Positions 10,118 to 19,056 of a stretch of DNA of 64,000 bases are shown piece by piece. Each line of letters begins with the position of its first letter. Within the stretch, counting starts at the first letter, position 1. A program made the position numbers and the translations under genes. The DNA lies in IMG/VR virus record IMGVR_UViG_3300032322_002561, positions 172,310-236,309 of that record; one strand, written 5' to 3'. The notes below the pieces were generated by a model. The model made no database searches, had not been told where the DNA came from, and saw only the letters and a list, made by a program, of their open reading frames with translations.

Positions 10118-10440
10118 TCTCGTTCAATTAGATGTCTTTTTTGCTCGATCTTACTCCAATGATCAGCATCAGGCAAAGCATCAACTCGTTTGGTCATAGA
10201 CGGCCATAATTGAGCTAACTCTGCATTGAGCGCAATAAATTCTTGTTGATCTCCAGGAACATCATCTTCGGCATAAATCGCATTTACTGGACATTCTGGT
10301 ACGCAAACAGCACAATCGATACACTCGTTGGGATCAATTACAAGAAAATTTGGCCCTGCTCGAAAACAATCTACTGGACACACATCTACACAATCAGTGT
10401 AACGGCATTTGACACAGGCTTCGGTTACAACAAAAGTCAT
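10114..10440 (-). CDS. fdxA: 7Fe ferredoxin FdxA
   Basis: [22 protein letters not shown] and [12 protein letters not shown]. Confidence 0.96.
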   Translation of the reverse strand: MTFVVTEACVKCRYTDCVDVCPVDCFRAGPNFLVIDPNECIDCAVCVPECPVNAIYAEDDVPGDQQEFIALNAELAQLWPSMTKRVDALPDADHWSKIEQKRHLIERD

Positions 10441-10441
10441 A

Positions 10442-11203
10442 TTACTCCTCGAATTTACAAACTGGGATTGGCGTCATTTTGTGCATGTTTTGGGCACGCA
10501 GTTCTCGATAACGTTTTAATTTTTTCCTGTCTTGTGGCGCGGCTCCAAATCCCGCCGCATCCAACTGCATCATGGTTTCCAGTTCAGGATAGGTCATGCC
10601 CAACTGATCTTCATCGGTGCGTCCATCAGCCCAGAGTCCGTCTGTGGGTGCGGCATCAATGATTTCCGGCATGATGCCAAGCTCGCGACCCATGGACCAT
10701 ACGTCGGTCTTCATGCAGTCGCCAATGGGGCTGATGTCCACACCACCATCGCCATACTTGGTAAAAAAGCCCACACCAAAATCCTCGACCCGGTTACCGG
10801 TGCCAACAACAATGCCACTATTGCACTGTGCAATTTGATACAAGGTCATCATGCGTAATCGACTACGGCTGTTGGCAAAGGCCAACTCGTTGTCAAACAC
10901 TGTGCCCATGGCTCGTTCAAATTGTTTAAAAGTAGGTGTAAGATCCAAGGTGTAGTTTTCAGCATTGGGATATTGTGTGGTCAACCAGTAAGCATGCCCT
11001 ACGCTGAGTTCATGAGTGTGTTTGCTCTGTTTTATGGGCATGCACACAGCCATGGTAGGGATACCGGTGCGAGCACACAAGGTGGATACCACAGCTGAGT
11101 CAATGCCGCCCGATACTCCCACCACAAGAGTTTTGATCTTGTTTTTGGTGGCGTAGCTTTTGATCCACTTTGTAATATAATTAATTCTTTGTTTGGGCGT
11201 CAT
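10442..11203 (-). CDS. nadE: NH3-dependent NAD+ synthetase
   Basis: [21 protein letters not shown]...[23 protein letters not shown]. Confidence 0.95.
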   Translation of the reverse strand: MTPKQRINYITKWIKSYATKNKIKTLVVGVSGGIDSAVVSTLCARTGIPTMAVCMPIKQSKHTHELSVGHAYWLTTQYPNAENYTLDLTPTFKQFERAMGTVFDNELAFANSRSRLRMMTLYQIAQCNSGIVVGTGNRVEDFGVGFFTKYGDGGVDISPIGDCMKTDVWSMGRELGIMPEIIDAAPTDGLWADGRTDEDQLGMTYPELETMMQLDAAGFGAAPQDRKKLKRYRELRAQNMHKMTPIPVCKFEE

Positions 11204-11733
11204 TCTATTTCTGGAGCGGGCATGGCTTTGATACGATCCCAAGTGGCCTGTTTATCCTTAATATGCTGTTCTAGCTTGCGATATTGTTCACCCAGCTCAC
11301 GCAGGTCCTCCCACTCCTTTTCCAATTCTGGATTGGGTTGGAACAGGCTCAAGCGTTCTTCGATCCTTTTGACCGCTGCTACCAGACTCCAGCCATTGAC
11401 TTCTACATCAGCGCCTTCACCGTTGAGTTGGATTCGGCCGCTGGTAGGACTTTGTGTGAACCAAGGTGTTGCGTTGGTTCCAGTGGAGTAAATGGTGTTG
11501 GACAACGAAAGATTACCAAAGGTAACCGAAGGTGAAATACTGGCTCCAATAGCACCAGTCACAGTGTATGGACTGGTCAGGCTCATGTTGTCCAAAGCCG
11601 AGGTAATGGTTATGGTATCATTTGCAATGTCACTGGCAGTGGGAGTGCTCTCGTACAAGGCAAAGTTGTTGTTTAGGTCCCACTCCTTGACAATTTCCTC
11701 CAAGCGAGTGGGTGCAGATATTTTGGGTTCCAT
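11200..11733 (-). CDS. Hypothetical phage protein
   Basis: S/T-rich middle, C-terminal coiled coil; coupled to neighbours. Confidence 0.7.
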   Translation of the reverse strand: MEPKISAPTRLEEIVKEWDLNNNFALYESTPTASDIANDTITITSALDNMSLTSPYTVTGAIGASISPSVTFGNLSLSNTIYSTGTNATPWFTQSPTSGRIQLNGEGADVEVNGWSLVAAVKRIEERLSLFQPNPELEKEWEDLRELGEQYRKLEQHIKDKQATWDRIKAMPAPEIE

Positions 11734-11918
11734 TACTTGGCGCTCAAGGCTTCTTTTTCTGCTGTGATTTCTTTGCGTCGCTCTTTGATGGCTTTGGACA
11801 TTTCTTGCAGGGCTTTTCTAGCGCGAGCAGCAGATGCTTTAACGCCTTTGCCTGTGAACTTGTCATTTTCGGCGATGTAGGTTTCGAATGCGGTTTTGAT
11901 TGCTTCATGATTGGTCAT
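11733..11918 (-). CDS. Histone H1-like (Hc1-like) small basic protein
   Basis: KF..KGVKASAARARKAL.E..K..KE.RK pattern. Confidence 0.7.
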   Translation of the reverse strand: MTNHEAIKTAFETYIAENDKFTGKGVKASAARARKALQEMSKAIKERRKEITAEKEALSAK

Positions 11919-11956
11919 TTTTGTTCCTTGATTAAATGTGCAGAATGCACTTTGTA

Positions 11957-11984
11957 ATTATACGGCAAAAGTGCAGGGTGTCAA
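11957..11984 (-). promoter_or_regulatory. sigma70-type promoter
   Basis: TTGACA-N16-TATAAT. Confidence 0.65.
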
Positions 11985-12244
11985 ATATTAATATGCCGTT
12001 TTAGCCAAGGATCCCAAACTGCCAGATTGTCCCAACCATGAGTCCAGGTCACAATAAACAAACTTAAAGTATTGTGATCAAATATGTGCATGCGGTTGTC
12101 CTCCACTCTTGCAGATATAGATTTGCTGGTTTGGGTCCATCGGATCAGGCGATCACGGGCTGAGCTGTCTCGGTAAATCACTGTGAAAAGAGGTTGTTCG
12201 CTTCTGTAAGTTGATAAGGTCATGCTAGTGTATGGTTTGATCAC
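11981..12244 (-). CDS. Hypothetical protein
   Basis: ORF in gene run; start may be the second Met. Confidence 0.6.
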   Translation of the reverse strand: MIKPYTSMTLSTYRSEQPLFTVIYRDSSARDRLIRWTQTSKSISARVEDNRMHIFDHNTLSLFIVTWTHGWDNLAVWDPWLKRHINI

Positions 12245-12461
12245 TGCTCCTTGGTTCAGTGATCTCGTTTACATACTTAGCAAACTTGTCGTCCAAAATG
12301 ACCATTTCATCGTCGTGCTCGGCAGCACGGTCGGGGTCTACACCCATGACACGCATGAGACCGCCCACGTGTACTTCGGTGATGCCATGATGATACAACA
12401 CCATCATGAGCTCGTACATGAGCACACGAACTTCTTGTTCCAATTTTGGATCGTCTAGCAT
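12225..12461 (-). CDS. Hypothetical protein
   Basis: Acidic ORF ending in a ..TIH tail. Confidence 0.65.
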   Translation of the reverse strand: MLDDPKLEQEVRVLMYELMMVLYHHGITEVHVGGLMRVMGVDPDRAAEHDDEMVILDDKFAKYVNEITEPRSSDQTIH

Positions 12462-12479
12462 ACTATAATTTATGCTTGA

Positions 12480-12803
12480 AAGAAAGTGCCCGGCTACCTT
12501 ATGTCAAAAGGCCCCGGGCTGGAGTATCATCGTTATCTAGTTCCGCACTAGCCGCGTAGTAGGTTTTAGTCTAACCTACCCAACCCCACACCGTTCTGGT
12601 TGATGCGTTACCCCAGGTATAACCCCCTGGACGGGTGACATTGGTTTTGCTACTGGACTATTTGCTGTAGATCATATGCGTTACTCGAGTTTACATCTTA
12701 TCTCTACAGTTACTCAGGTCTGATCAAACCCATGGCTTCCAATAGCAAAACCAATATCAGGGGACTTATGGTCTGGGCCTACACCCAGCGTCCGGCCCCT
12801 GAG
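12480..12803 (-). ncRNA. Candidate ~320-nt highly structured non-coding RNA
   Basis: 21-bp helix 12637-12657/12738-12758 with two G-U pairs on the minus strand only; hairpins at 12757-12802, 12613-12630, 12559-12579, 12537-12551, 12488-12519; no ORF in track. Confidence 0.65.
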
Positions 12804-12806
12804 CAA

Positions 12807-13142
12807 TTAGGCTACTACTGCATCTACAGACTTGACAGCGGCCTTGGCTTTTAAACCTTTGCCAGCTACTTTGACTTCGCCTTTCTTGGCAACTTTGGTC
12901 TTTTCTGCCAGCTTGTTGGCTACTGCATAACCTGCATCGCCACTCTGACCCAAGCTCTGCAAGTGCTGGAGAGCTTCCAACTTGGTCATTGCACGTGGCA
13001 ATTCGATCAAGTTGATGTCAGTGCAACCTGCCTTGTTTAGGATCTTGATACGAGCTACCAAGTCGTTTGCAAAACGTGCCTTAACAGTACCGTTAGGGTT
13101 TTTTGCTGTGCCTGCTACTGTGAATAATTTTTCTGCTGCCAT
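12807..13142 (-). CDS. Conserved phage basic protein (K/A-rich tail)
   Basis: FTVAG....G..K.RFAND...R.K.L.K.G..DI.L.ELP..MTK; perfect promoter upstream. Confidence 0.8.
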   Translation of the reverse strand: MAAEKLFTVAGTAKNPNGTVKARFANDLVARIKILNKAGCTDINLIELPRAMTKLEALQHLQSLGQSGDAGYAVANKLAEKTKVAKKGEVKVAGKGLKAKAAVKSVDAVVA

Positions 13143-13205
13143 TTTGTGTTGCCTTTCTAAGTTGCCGTACTAGTTGATTAAATTTACTACCTTACTACAA
13201 TAACC

Positions 13206-13234
13206 ATTATACTTGATATTGGTGTCAATGTCAA
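13206..13234 (-). promoter_or_regulatory. Perfect-consensus sigma70 promoter
   Basis: TTGACA-N17-TATAAT. Confidence 0.85.
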
Positions 13235-13268
13235 CCATAATAGCTATATCTGGTTAGCCAAAACTGCC

Positions 13269-13397
13269 TTATTTGGCAGCTTCACGGCTGTACTCTTGTA
13301 CTTTGGTCACGCCAGCATCCAGCATTCTTGCTATACCAGTGAATCCCACTGTGGCAATGACCAAACCAAAAATAGTTCCAATTATGAAGTTTTTCAT
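13269..13397 (-). CDS. Small membrane protein (42 aa, not in ORF track)
   Basis: MKNFIIGTIFGLVIATVGFTGIARMLDAGV...; ATGA overlap with upstream gene. Confidence 0.7.
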   Translation of the reverse strand: MKNFIIGTIFGLVIATVGFTGIARMLDAGVTKVQEYSREAAK

Positions 13398-13603
13398 TTG
13401 GTGTTCGTTCCTTGGTTGGTGGTTGATGAAGTTTTAGAGCCTGACATTTTGTCCCGTGTCCACTCGGCTGATTTGGTAATGTCGGTGCCCATACCGGCCA
13501 CAGTATTGCAACCGGTCAATAACACCACTGCTACCACAATCAGAGCCATGACTCCCAGGGTTGGCATGTTCAGTGCCAAAAAAGCCAATATACGATCTTT
13601 CAT
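13394..13603 (-). CDS. Entericidin EcnA/B family lipoprotein
   Basis: Lipobox LTGC followed by NTVAGMGTDI. Confidence 0.85.
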   Translation of the reverse strand: MKDRILAFLALNMPTLGVMALIVVAVVLLTGCNTVAGMGTDITKSAEWTRDKMSGSKTSSTTNQGTNTK

Positions 13604-13615
13604 GTTGCCTCCTGC

Positions 13616-13888
13616 TTATCTACTCAAATTGATCACACGACCTTGGAAATCCATGAAGCTGGTTCTCCAAGGAACAAACACAATCTTGCCAACTCGGCTG
13701 TGTTCACCTTCGGCCAATACCTCGCCGCCAAACACGTCTCGGGTGACACGAATTTTATAGGCTTGGTAACCTTGGGTTGTGTCGCCACTGTCAATGACTT
13801 CGCCCTCTACAAAACAGTCTTCACGACCCACCATGGGTTTGAAATCATAGCCACGAATTACATCACCGTTTACGATTGTTAGTTCCAT
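13616..13888 (-). CDS. Hypothetical early protein
   Basis: Promoter plus AAGGAG SD; GD.IR.YDF motif. Confidence 0.8.
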   Translation of the reverse strand: MELTIVNGDVIRGYDFKPMVGREDCFVEGEVIDSGDTTQGYQAYKIRVTRDVFGGEVLAEGEHSRVGKIVFVPWRTSFMDFQGRVINLSR

Positions 13889-13919
13889 TTTCTAGCTCCT
13901 TTTTAATTACTATACATAT

Positions 13920-13948
13920 ATTATAGCAAAATGAGCTTTTTTGGTCAA
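13920..13948 (-). promoter_or_regulatory. sigma70-type early promoter cassette
   Basis: TTGACC-N17-TATAAT, then GTATAGT..AAGGAGC. Confidence 0.85.
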
Positions 13949-13953
13949 CCGTT

Positions 13954-14118
13954 TTATAGGGGCTGTAAGTCACTGATTTTAAACTCCAAAATGCTGTCTG
14001 GATAGTCAAATTCGCTGGAATCGTCAATAATTACTGCTTTATTTCCATGCAATTCAATGACTTGCCCTGTAATGCCGGGCTGATCTACTACTTGCACAAA
14101 ATCGCTGATGTTGATCAT
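13954..14118 (-). CDS. Hypothetical protein (54 aa, not in ORF track)
   Basis: MINISDFVQVVDQPGITGQVIELHG...; ATGA overlap. Confidence 0.6.
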   Translation of the reverse strand: MINISDFVQVVDQPGITGQVIELHGNKAVIIDDSSEFDYPDSILEFKISDLQPL

Positions 14119-14387
14119 GCTACCTCCAAAAGATTTGCTGGTACATTGTAACGGCCTTGGGCGGTATCTACCAAGACATATTTCTGTTTGATTCGGTTCA
14201 CTGTGCCCTGAACATCACGTCCTTGTTTGGGATGATAGAATTTCACACTCAAACCCGGACGTAGATCACGTTTGACTTCGTTGCCCAACTGGCTACGGGC
14301 AAACTTGAGAGCACGGGCCACCATTTCCAATTCACGGTTGTCCAGGCGACCACTTGTGAGTTCTGCAACAATTTGATTGACATTCAT
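14115..14387 (-). CDS. Hypothetical protein (SH3/KOW-like C-terminus)
   Basis: G..V.F......G.V..IKQKY..V.....Y.VPA.LL. Confidence 0.7.
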   Translation of the reverse strand: MNVNQIVAELTSGRLDNRELEMVARALKFARSQLGNEVKRDLRPGLSVKFYHPKQGRDVQGTVNRIKQKYVLVDTAQGRYNVPANLLEVA

Positions 14388-14557
14388 TCTGCGGCCTCCC
14401 AGGCTAAAAATCTACGTTCCATTTCTGCTTGATAACACTCAAGTATGACCTCGTCCGTGATGCCACGACTCTGCGATTCTTGATAAAGTTCAATTTTGGC
14501 TTCAAGTTGTTGAGTGGTCAACTGGCGTATTTGTTGTCTAAATTCATTGAGACTCAT
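14384..14557 (-). CDS. Hypothetical protein
   Basis: MSLNEFRQQ start just after upstream stop; ATGA overlap downstream. Confidence 0.6.
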   Translation of the reverse strand: MSLNEFRQQIRQLTTQQLEAKIELYQESQSRGITDEVILECYQAEMERRFLAWEAAE

Positions 14558-14558
14558 G

Positions 14559-14951
14559 TTAGTTGGCCTCATATGCTTGACGAACACGCTCACAGAACTC
14601 GGCACGAATCCGGGCTGCCTGTTTGGGTGTTAGTCGGACATTGTCGTCAACTGCAAGTTCAGAACGCTTGATTTTTACTGTGCGAGCTTTCTTGGGTTTT
14701 GCAAACGGATTTTCATCACGAACTTGTGCGGTATAAAATGCTTCAAGTTCTCGGGCACCGTTGGCATGATCCAAACGAAGCAGTTCTTTGGCAGCATCAG
14801 ATTTGGTGTAAACATCATTGATAATACGCATGTAAACTTCTTCGCCCAAGGCTTCTAACTGTTCAACACGTTTTTGAGTTGTAGCAGTGCGGAAACGCAT
14901 CTTGCCTGTTTTGTCACGACTGTAACCTGCGTATATAATTGCGTCTTTCAT
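14559..14951 (-). CDS. Hypothetical early protein
   Basis: Start MKDAIIY with AAGGAG SD and promoter; distant resemblance to 12807..13142 (AG.S...G.M.FR; TK..A). Confidence 0.75.
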   Translation of the reverse strand: MKDAIIYAGYSRDKTGKMRFRTATTQKRVEQLEALGEEVYMRIINDVYTKSDAAKELLRLDHANGARELEAFYTAQVRDENPFAKPKKARTVKIKRSELAVDDNVRLTPKQAARIRAEFCERVRQAYEAN

Positions 14952-14981
14952 ATCAGCTCCTTTATCAATTACTATACCAAT

Positions 14982-15010
14982 ATTGTAACAAATCGGGCAT
15001 TTTTGGTCAA
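14982..15010 (-). promoter_or_regulatory. sigma70-type early promoter cassette
   Basis: TTGACC-N17-TACAAT, then GTATAGT..AAGGAGC. Confidence 0.8.
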
Positions 15011-15086
15011 CCAAAATACAGTGTGCTAAGTCATTGATTCTATTAGAAAAAATATCTTTATAGATCAATGACTTAGCAGATACCCC

Positions 15087-15635
15087 TTAGATATTGAAAT
15101 ATTCGTAATGTTTGGCTAGATCCCAGACGCTTTGATCAACTGGAGTGCCATCATATGTTTCAATATCAATGTTCAACAGTTGATATCGTTGCCAAAACAT
15201 CCAAGGATTTGGAGTTTTCTTTGTGAGTTTGTTAGACCCCAAAACAGCATTGGCATCGGGCCGGATCAAACACGTAGGCGCATTCAACGCCTGCTCGATA
15301 GTGATCACGCCACCGATCAACATGTTGCGAACAGTACGCAAAGGTATTACATGCTCAAACACATTACCTTTCTTTTCGTACACGCCCACCTGGCGGTAGT
15401 GTGCTTTGATCTTGCCGGCAATGACATAGTCATGGTATCTACGTATCAAGTCATCAATTTCATCGCGTATCAATCTGCCACGTTGCGTGATCTTGGTCAG
15501 TTTGCGATAGGTTGCCAAATGCCGTTCAAGTTCACTGGTAATAAAATCAGTGGTTTCAACATAGGCCTGACCATTCCTTACCACACGATCCGGTTCAACA
15601 TCACGAAATGATTCTATTTGTTCTCTGATCAACAT
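15087..15635 (-). CDS. Putative His-Me (HNH-like) nuclease
   Basis: FEHVIP motif followed by hydrophobic strand and Asn; TAATG-coupled to upstream DGQH gene. Confidence 0.5.
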   Translation of the reverse strand: MLIREQIESFRDVEPDRVVRNGQAYVETTDFITSELERHLATYRKLTKITQRGRLIRDEIDDLIRRYHDYVIAGKIKAHYRQVGVYEKKGNVFEHVIPLRTVRNMLIGGVITIEQALNAPTCLIRPDANAVLGSNKLTKKTPNPWMFWQRYQLLNIDIETYDGTPVDQSVWDLAKHYEYFNI

Positions 15636-16855
15636 TAGAATAGGTCCTTTTTAGCTGGGCTGAACGAGGTTGAAATATTCAATCTAGGCAAGCGCATTGG
15701 ATTGCCGTCATCATCTTTCCAGGATTTGGCCAGTTGGTGCCAGAAAAAAGTACCTCCTTGTGCCCAGTCCTTGTTGAGTTTGACACCCGGACGTAAGCTT
15801 TCGTCCATGTCAGCATGGTAACGTTCGTGCCACTTGGTATAGGCCGATCCCACACGATCCCAGTACGGCCCGTCTTCATTGAATTCAGCACCAAACAAGG
15901 AAATACATAGATATGCCAGGCTTTCAATTTCGCTGTCAGTGTAATCCATGTTGCTGCTCATACGCAAGAAACCCAGAATGATAGGAAGTTCTTTAGTGTT
16001 GATTGGTCTTGGATGCACCGACAGCACAGTGTTGGCATATATTGTGAATTGCCGTACCATTTCTGGTGTCACTGTGTCATTGGCAATATCACCAGGACGT
16101 GTAATAGCACCGGGCTCGTTGTCATCAAAGAACTTGCTGTCAGTCAAGAACAAGTCAACGGCTTCGAGATGTTGTTGCTTTTCCTCAACTGCCATCCAGT
16201 CAGCGTCAACAACTCCATCAAGACGCACCGCGTGAATTTGCTGAGTAATAAAATCAATCGGCGACAGTAATTTTTTACCTTCTTTACCGTTGCCTTTAAG
16301 AAATGTCATGCGGCATTCAAGACGATTCTGCATGTCATACTCTACCACAGGGATTTCTACACAATCAGGATCTTGACCAAAAATCATTGTGGCAATAATC
16401 CAAAACGCAATGGCTGTGTGCTGGCCATCCCAGCTGGCAAAAAATTCATCATCAGGGCCATAGATATCAGGTACTTGAGATTTTGGTACATGATAAACTT
16501 GAACTGGCATGGCTTGATAAGCCACAAAATCTTCGATGATTTTCAAAACCCAGTTTATATCAAGTTGTCGCTGTATGGTGGTATCCACCAAGATGCGACC
16601 AAGTTTACGTCGGATGGCCCGACACAATCTAAACTTAGGATCGTCGAAACTTTTGATATTGGGATATTTTCTTTCAAATGCCTTGATGGCCAATTTGAGC
16701 CGGGTATTGACAGAGTTCTTCTGTTCAATCGGCATTGATGCTAGGACTTCATTCCATCTATCTTTGAGGCTTAGATAGATACTGGCACCATTTTGGTACT
16801 TGGAATTCACCGCTCGCGCATGAGTGCGACTTGTAGGTGTTGTAGGTATTGCCAT
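15635..16855 (-). CDS. ParB/Srx-like (DGQH / DUF262-like) domain protein
   Basis: IQR...W and WDGQHT motifs; own promoter. Confidence 0.65.
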   Translation of the reverse strand: MAIPTTPTSRTHARAVNSKYQNGASIYLSLKDRWNEVLASMPIEQKNSVNTRLKLAIKAFERKYPNIKSFDDPKFRLCRAIRRKLGRILVDTTIQRQLDINWVLKIIEDFVAYQAMPVQVYHVPKSQVPDIYGPDDEFFASWDGQHTAIAFWIIATMIFGQDPDCVEIPVVEYDMQNRLECRMTFLKGNGKEGKKLLSPIDFITQQIHAVRLDGVVDADWMAVEEKQQHLEAVDLFLTDSKFFDDNEPGAITRPGDIANDTVTPEMVRQFTIYANTVLSVHPRPINTKELPIILGFLRMSSNMDYTDSEIESLAYLCISLFGAEFNEDGPYWDRVGSAYTKWHERYHADMDESLRPGVKLNKDWAQGGTFFWHQLAKSWKDDDGNPMRLPRLNISTSFSPAKKDLF

Positions 16856-16939
16856 TTTGTTTCCTTTCAAATTGTAAGTTGTAGCGATTTTATATTCACT
16901 ACAGACTGTGTTGTCTGGCACCATTGCCAGACATAATTC

Positions 16940-16968
16940 ATTATACTACTATGTTACTAAATGGTCAA
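16940..16968 (-). promoter_or_regulatory. sigma70-type promoter
   Basis: TTGACC-N17-TATAAT. Confidence 0.8.
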
Positions 16969-16986
16969 CCACAAGGTGTTGTTTTT

Positions 16987-17718
16987 TTACAACACTCTTA
17001 CTGCTACTTTTTGATGCTTGGAAACACGCCCAATGTATTCATACCGGATTTTGTACTTTTTGACATGTTCTTGCCAGGCACGAAATTCATCCAGTTGCCA
17101 GCCTGGATAGTTCATGTATTCGTCAAAAACAATCACAGTGCCTGGCACGATGTTGTGGCGTAGGTTTTCTAATATGGTCACGGTGCTGGAATACAAGTCA
17201 CAATCTATATGCAACAATTTAATGGGCTTGCGACCGTGTTGTTTCAAGAACGGGGGCAAGGTTTGATCAAACCATCCCACCACCAGTTCACAGTTGTTTC
17301 TCACTCGGGGCAGAGTTTTTCTTGCAAAGAATCCACGGCGCATACGGCTGGTCCAATCTTCAGGCAAGCCTTGGAAGCCGTCGAACCCATACACAGTATC
17401 GCTTGGAAACCAACGAGCAAACTGATTAAGTGTGCGTCCAGTGGCCACTCCAAACTCCAATGTCAGTCCTTGTGCCAAGGAGCCTTTGATCTGGGTGGCG
17501 GCCACCCACCGATGCAAATCATAGTCGGTGTCAAAGTTTGGAACTGTTCGCATGTGCTCTAGCACATAACGAGCCGACTCTTCAGATGCCAATCTTATGG
17601 CAGAGAATTCTGTGTCAATGACGTCTGTGTATTTGCCTAGGAGACATTTTTCTTTGAGAGTGGGTTGAGGATAACGCCACCACTCCTGGATTTTATCTAG
17701 TGTTCTATACAAGTCCAT
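16987..17718 (-). CDS. Class I SAM-dependent methyltransferase (TylF/MycF-like)
   Basis: LEFGV..G, YGFD.F.GLPEDW, VGWF..TL, HIDCDLYSS, GT.IVFDEY. Confidence 0.88.
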   Translation of the reverse strand: MDLYRTLDKIQEWWRYPQPTLKEKCLLGKYTDVIDTEFSAIRLASEESARYVLEHMRTVPNFDTDYDLHRWVAATQIKGSLAQGLTLEFGVATGRTLNQFARWFPSDTVYGFDGFQGLPEDWTSRMRRGFFARKTLPRVRNNCELVVGWFDQTLPPFLKQHGRKPIKLLHIDCDLYSSTVTILENLRHNIVPGTVIVFDEYMNYPGWQLDEFRAWQEHVKKYKIRYEYIGRVSKHQKVAVRVL

Positions 17719-17725
17719 GATGTAA

Positions 17726-18118
17726 TTATACACAACGGCAACGGTTAAGTCTAGCCTGTCTTGCCCGTTCCCAGCTTTCGTCCAGGCCGACACGGAAGAT
17801 ACGATCAAAAATTTGATCGGAGATATCATACCCTAGTTCTTGTCGAGCTTCATAGTAATCATAAGTTATGTTCCAGCGTGCACCTGTGTTGTCCTTGCCG
17901 TGTCCATCATATAAGGCTATTTTGGTATGCCATTGGAACAACAATCTATCTAGTGTTTCCTTCCAGTACCAGCGACTCCAAGTCGACGTGGCTCTGGCCA
18001 AGGCTTCGCGGGCTGAATCTAAACGATTGCCCAAGGCTTCAATTTCAGCACCGATAAATCTATAGTTTTTTAAATCGATGTTAGGATCCAGTGTAAATTT
18101 TTTAGTTTTTAATTTCAT
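17726..18118 (-). CDS. Hypothetical protein
   Basis: ORF in same-strand run. Confidence 0.6.
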   Translation of the reverse strand: MKLKTKKFTLDPNIDLKNYRFIGAEIEALGNRLDSAREALARATSTWSRWYWKETLDRLLFQWHTKIALYDGHGKDNTGARWNITYDYYEARQELGYDISDQIFDRIFRVGLDESWERARQARLNRCRCV

Positions 18119-18149
18119 TTGAGTAGTATCTTGTAGTTGTCAATAGTGT

Positions 18150-18344
18150 TTAGTGCAAAAGATCTCCGCCATCCACACCCCAGAATACCGATCCACCAGC
18201 ATCATATCGTTCTTGCATGGTTTTTTCCATGACAGCTTCCTGCACCAATACCAATACTTCATCCACTTCACTCTTGGTCAACATGTTTTCGGGCAACTTG
18301 CCTTCCAACACTGCCATCACAATCATTTCACGTTCTGGGGTCAA
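18150..18344 (-). CDS. Hypothetical protein
   Basis: TTG start with AAGGAG SD; promoter upstream. Confidence 0.65.
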   Translation of the reverse strand: MTPEREMIVMAVLEGKLPENMLTKSEVDEVLVLVQEAVMEKTMQERYDAGGSVFWGVDGGDLLH

Positions 18345-18363
18345 TTTTAAACTCCTTTATTGT

Positions 18364-18392
18364 ATTGTAAACAACAAAAAATTATTGGTCAA
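18364..18392 (-). promoter_or_regulatory. sigma70-type promoter
   Basis: TTGACC-N17-TACAAT. Confidence 0.75.
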
Positions 18393-18662
18393 TCAAGACC
18401 ATTTCATTATGAAAGCCAGGTAATCACGCTCTTCGTCAAAAAAGAAACAATAACGTCCAGGTTTGATATCTGAACTGATTTCTATCAATTGCCACCGCCA
18501 CTCGCCTGATATTTCACTTTTACACCAGTTCAGTACATGTTCTATTACGCCAAAAGGCTTGATGATTTCATGAGCATGGTGAAAGCTGTCGCGATCCCGC
18601 ATCCAACTCATAGGTGTTAATTTTTTGTCTCCCTGCTTGCGTTTGAGTCTAAGCTGGGTCAT
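18393..18662 (-). CDS. Hypothetical protein (WC...F.F..E.D...F.MKW family)
   Basis: Motif shared with 19043..19306. Confidence 0.7.
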   Translation of the reverse strand: MTQLRLKRKQGDKKLTPMSWMRDRDSFHHAHEIIKPFGVIEHVLNWCKSEISGEWRWQLIEISSDIKPGRYCFFFDEERDYLAFIMKWS

Positions 18663-19056
18663 AGATTAGTCGGTTCAAATACTGCCGGGGTATGCCCCAG
18701 AAATCGTAGCTGTCCACAATGTCACGCACATAACCCGAACCTGGTGTACCGGTCTTGGGTTCATTCATTTCGTAGAAGAAAAATTGTACACCATCCTGGA
18801 TCCAGGTACGTTTGGTGTAGTAGTAGGGAAACCCTTCAAAACGATCCAAGGCCTGCTCACACTCGGCAGTAAGGCTCCATAGCACTCCCGGACATTCCGC
18901 ACCCGGTTTGGGTTCTACAGTGGCATGACAATAAAACTTTAACTGCCAATCACGCAACATAAAAGCACCCTTGGCCTGTGCGTTGGGACAACGCCACTGC
19001 ATTTGGCCTGGGTGCATGTTGGCTCCGTAGGCAAAGTACAAGTTATCTGTAGTCAT
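18649..19056 (-). CDS. Gamma-glutamylcyclotransferase family protein
   Basis: YFAYGANM and LDRFEG.P..Y. Confidence 0.88.
   Translation of the reverse strand: MTTDNLYFAYGANMHPGQMQWRCPNAQAKGAFMLRDWQLKFYCHATVEPKPGAECPGVLWSLTAECEQALDRFEGFPYYYTKRTWIQDGVQFFFYEMNEPKTGTPGSGYVRDIVDSYDFWGIPRQYLNRLIYDPA

Noticed and set aside
12480-12803. tmRNA, tRNA, RNase P, hammerhead or retron msr-msd identity for the structured region
   Set aside because: No T-loop/CCA end, no GAGGAAAGUCC, no CUGANGA...GAAA core, and no reverse transcriptase in the window
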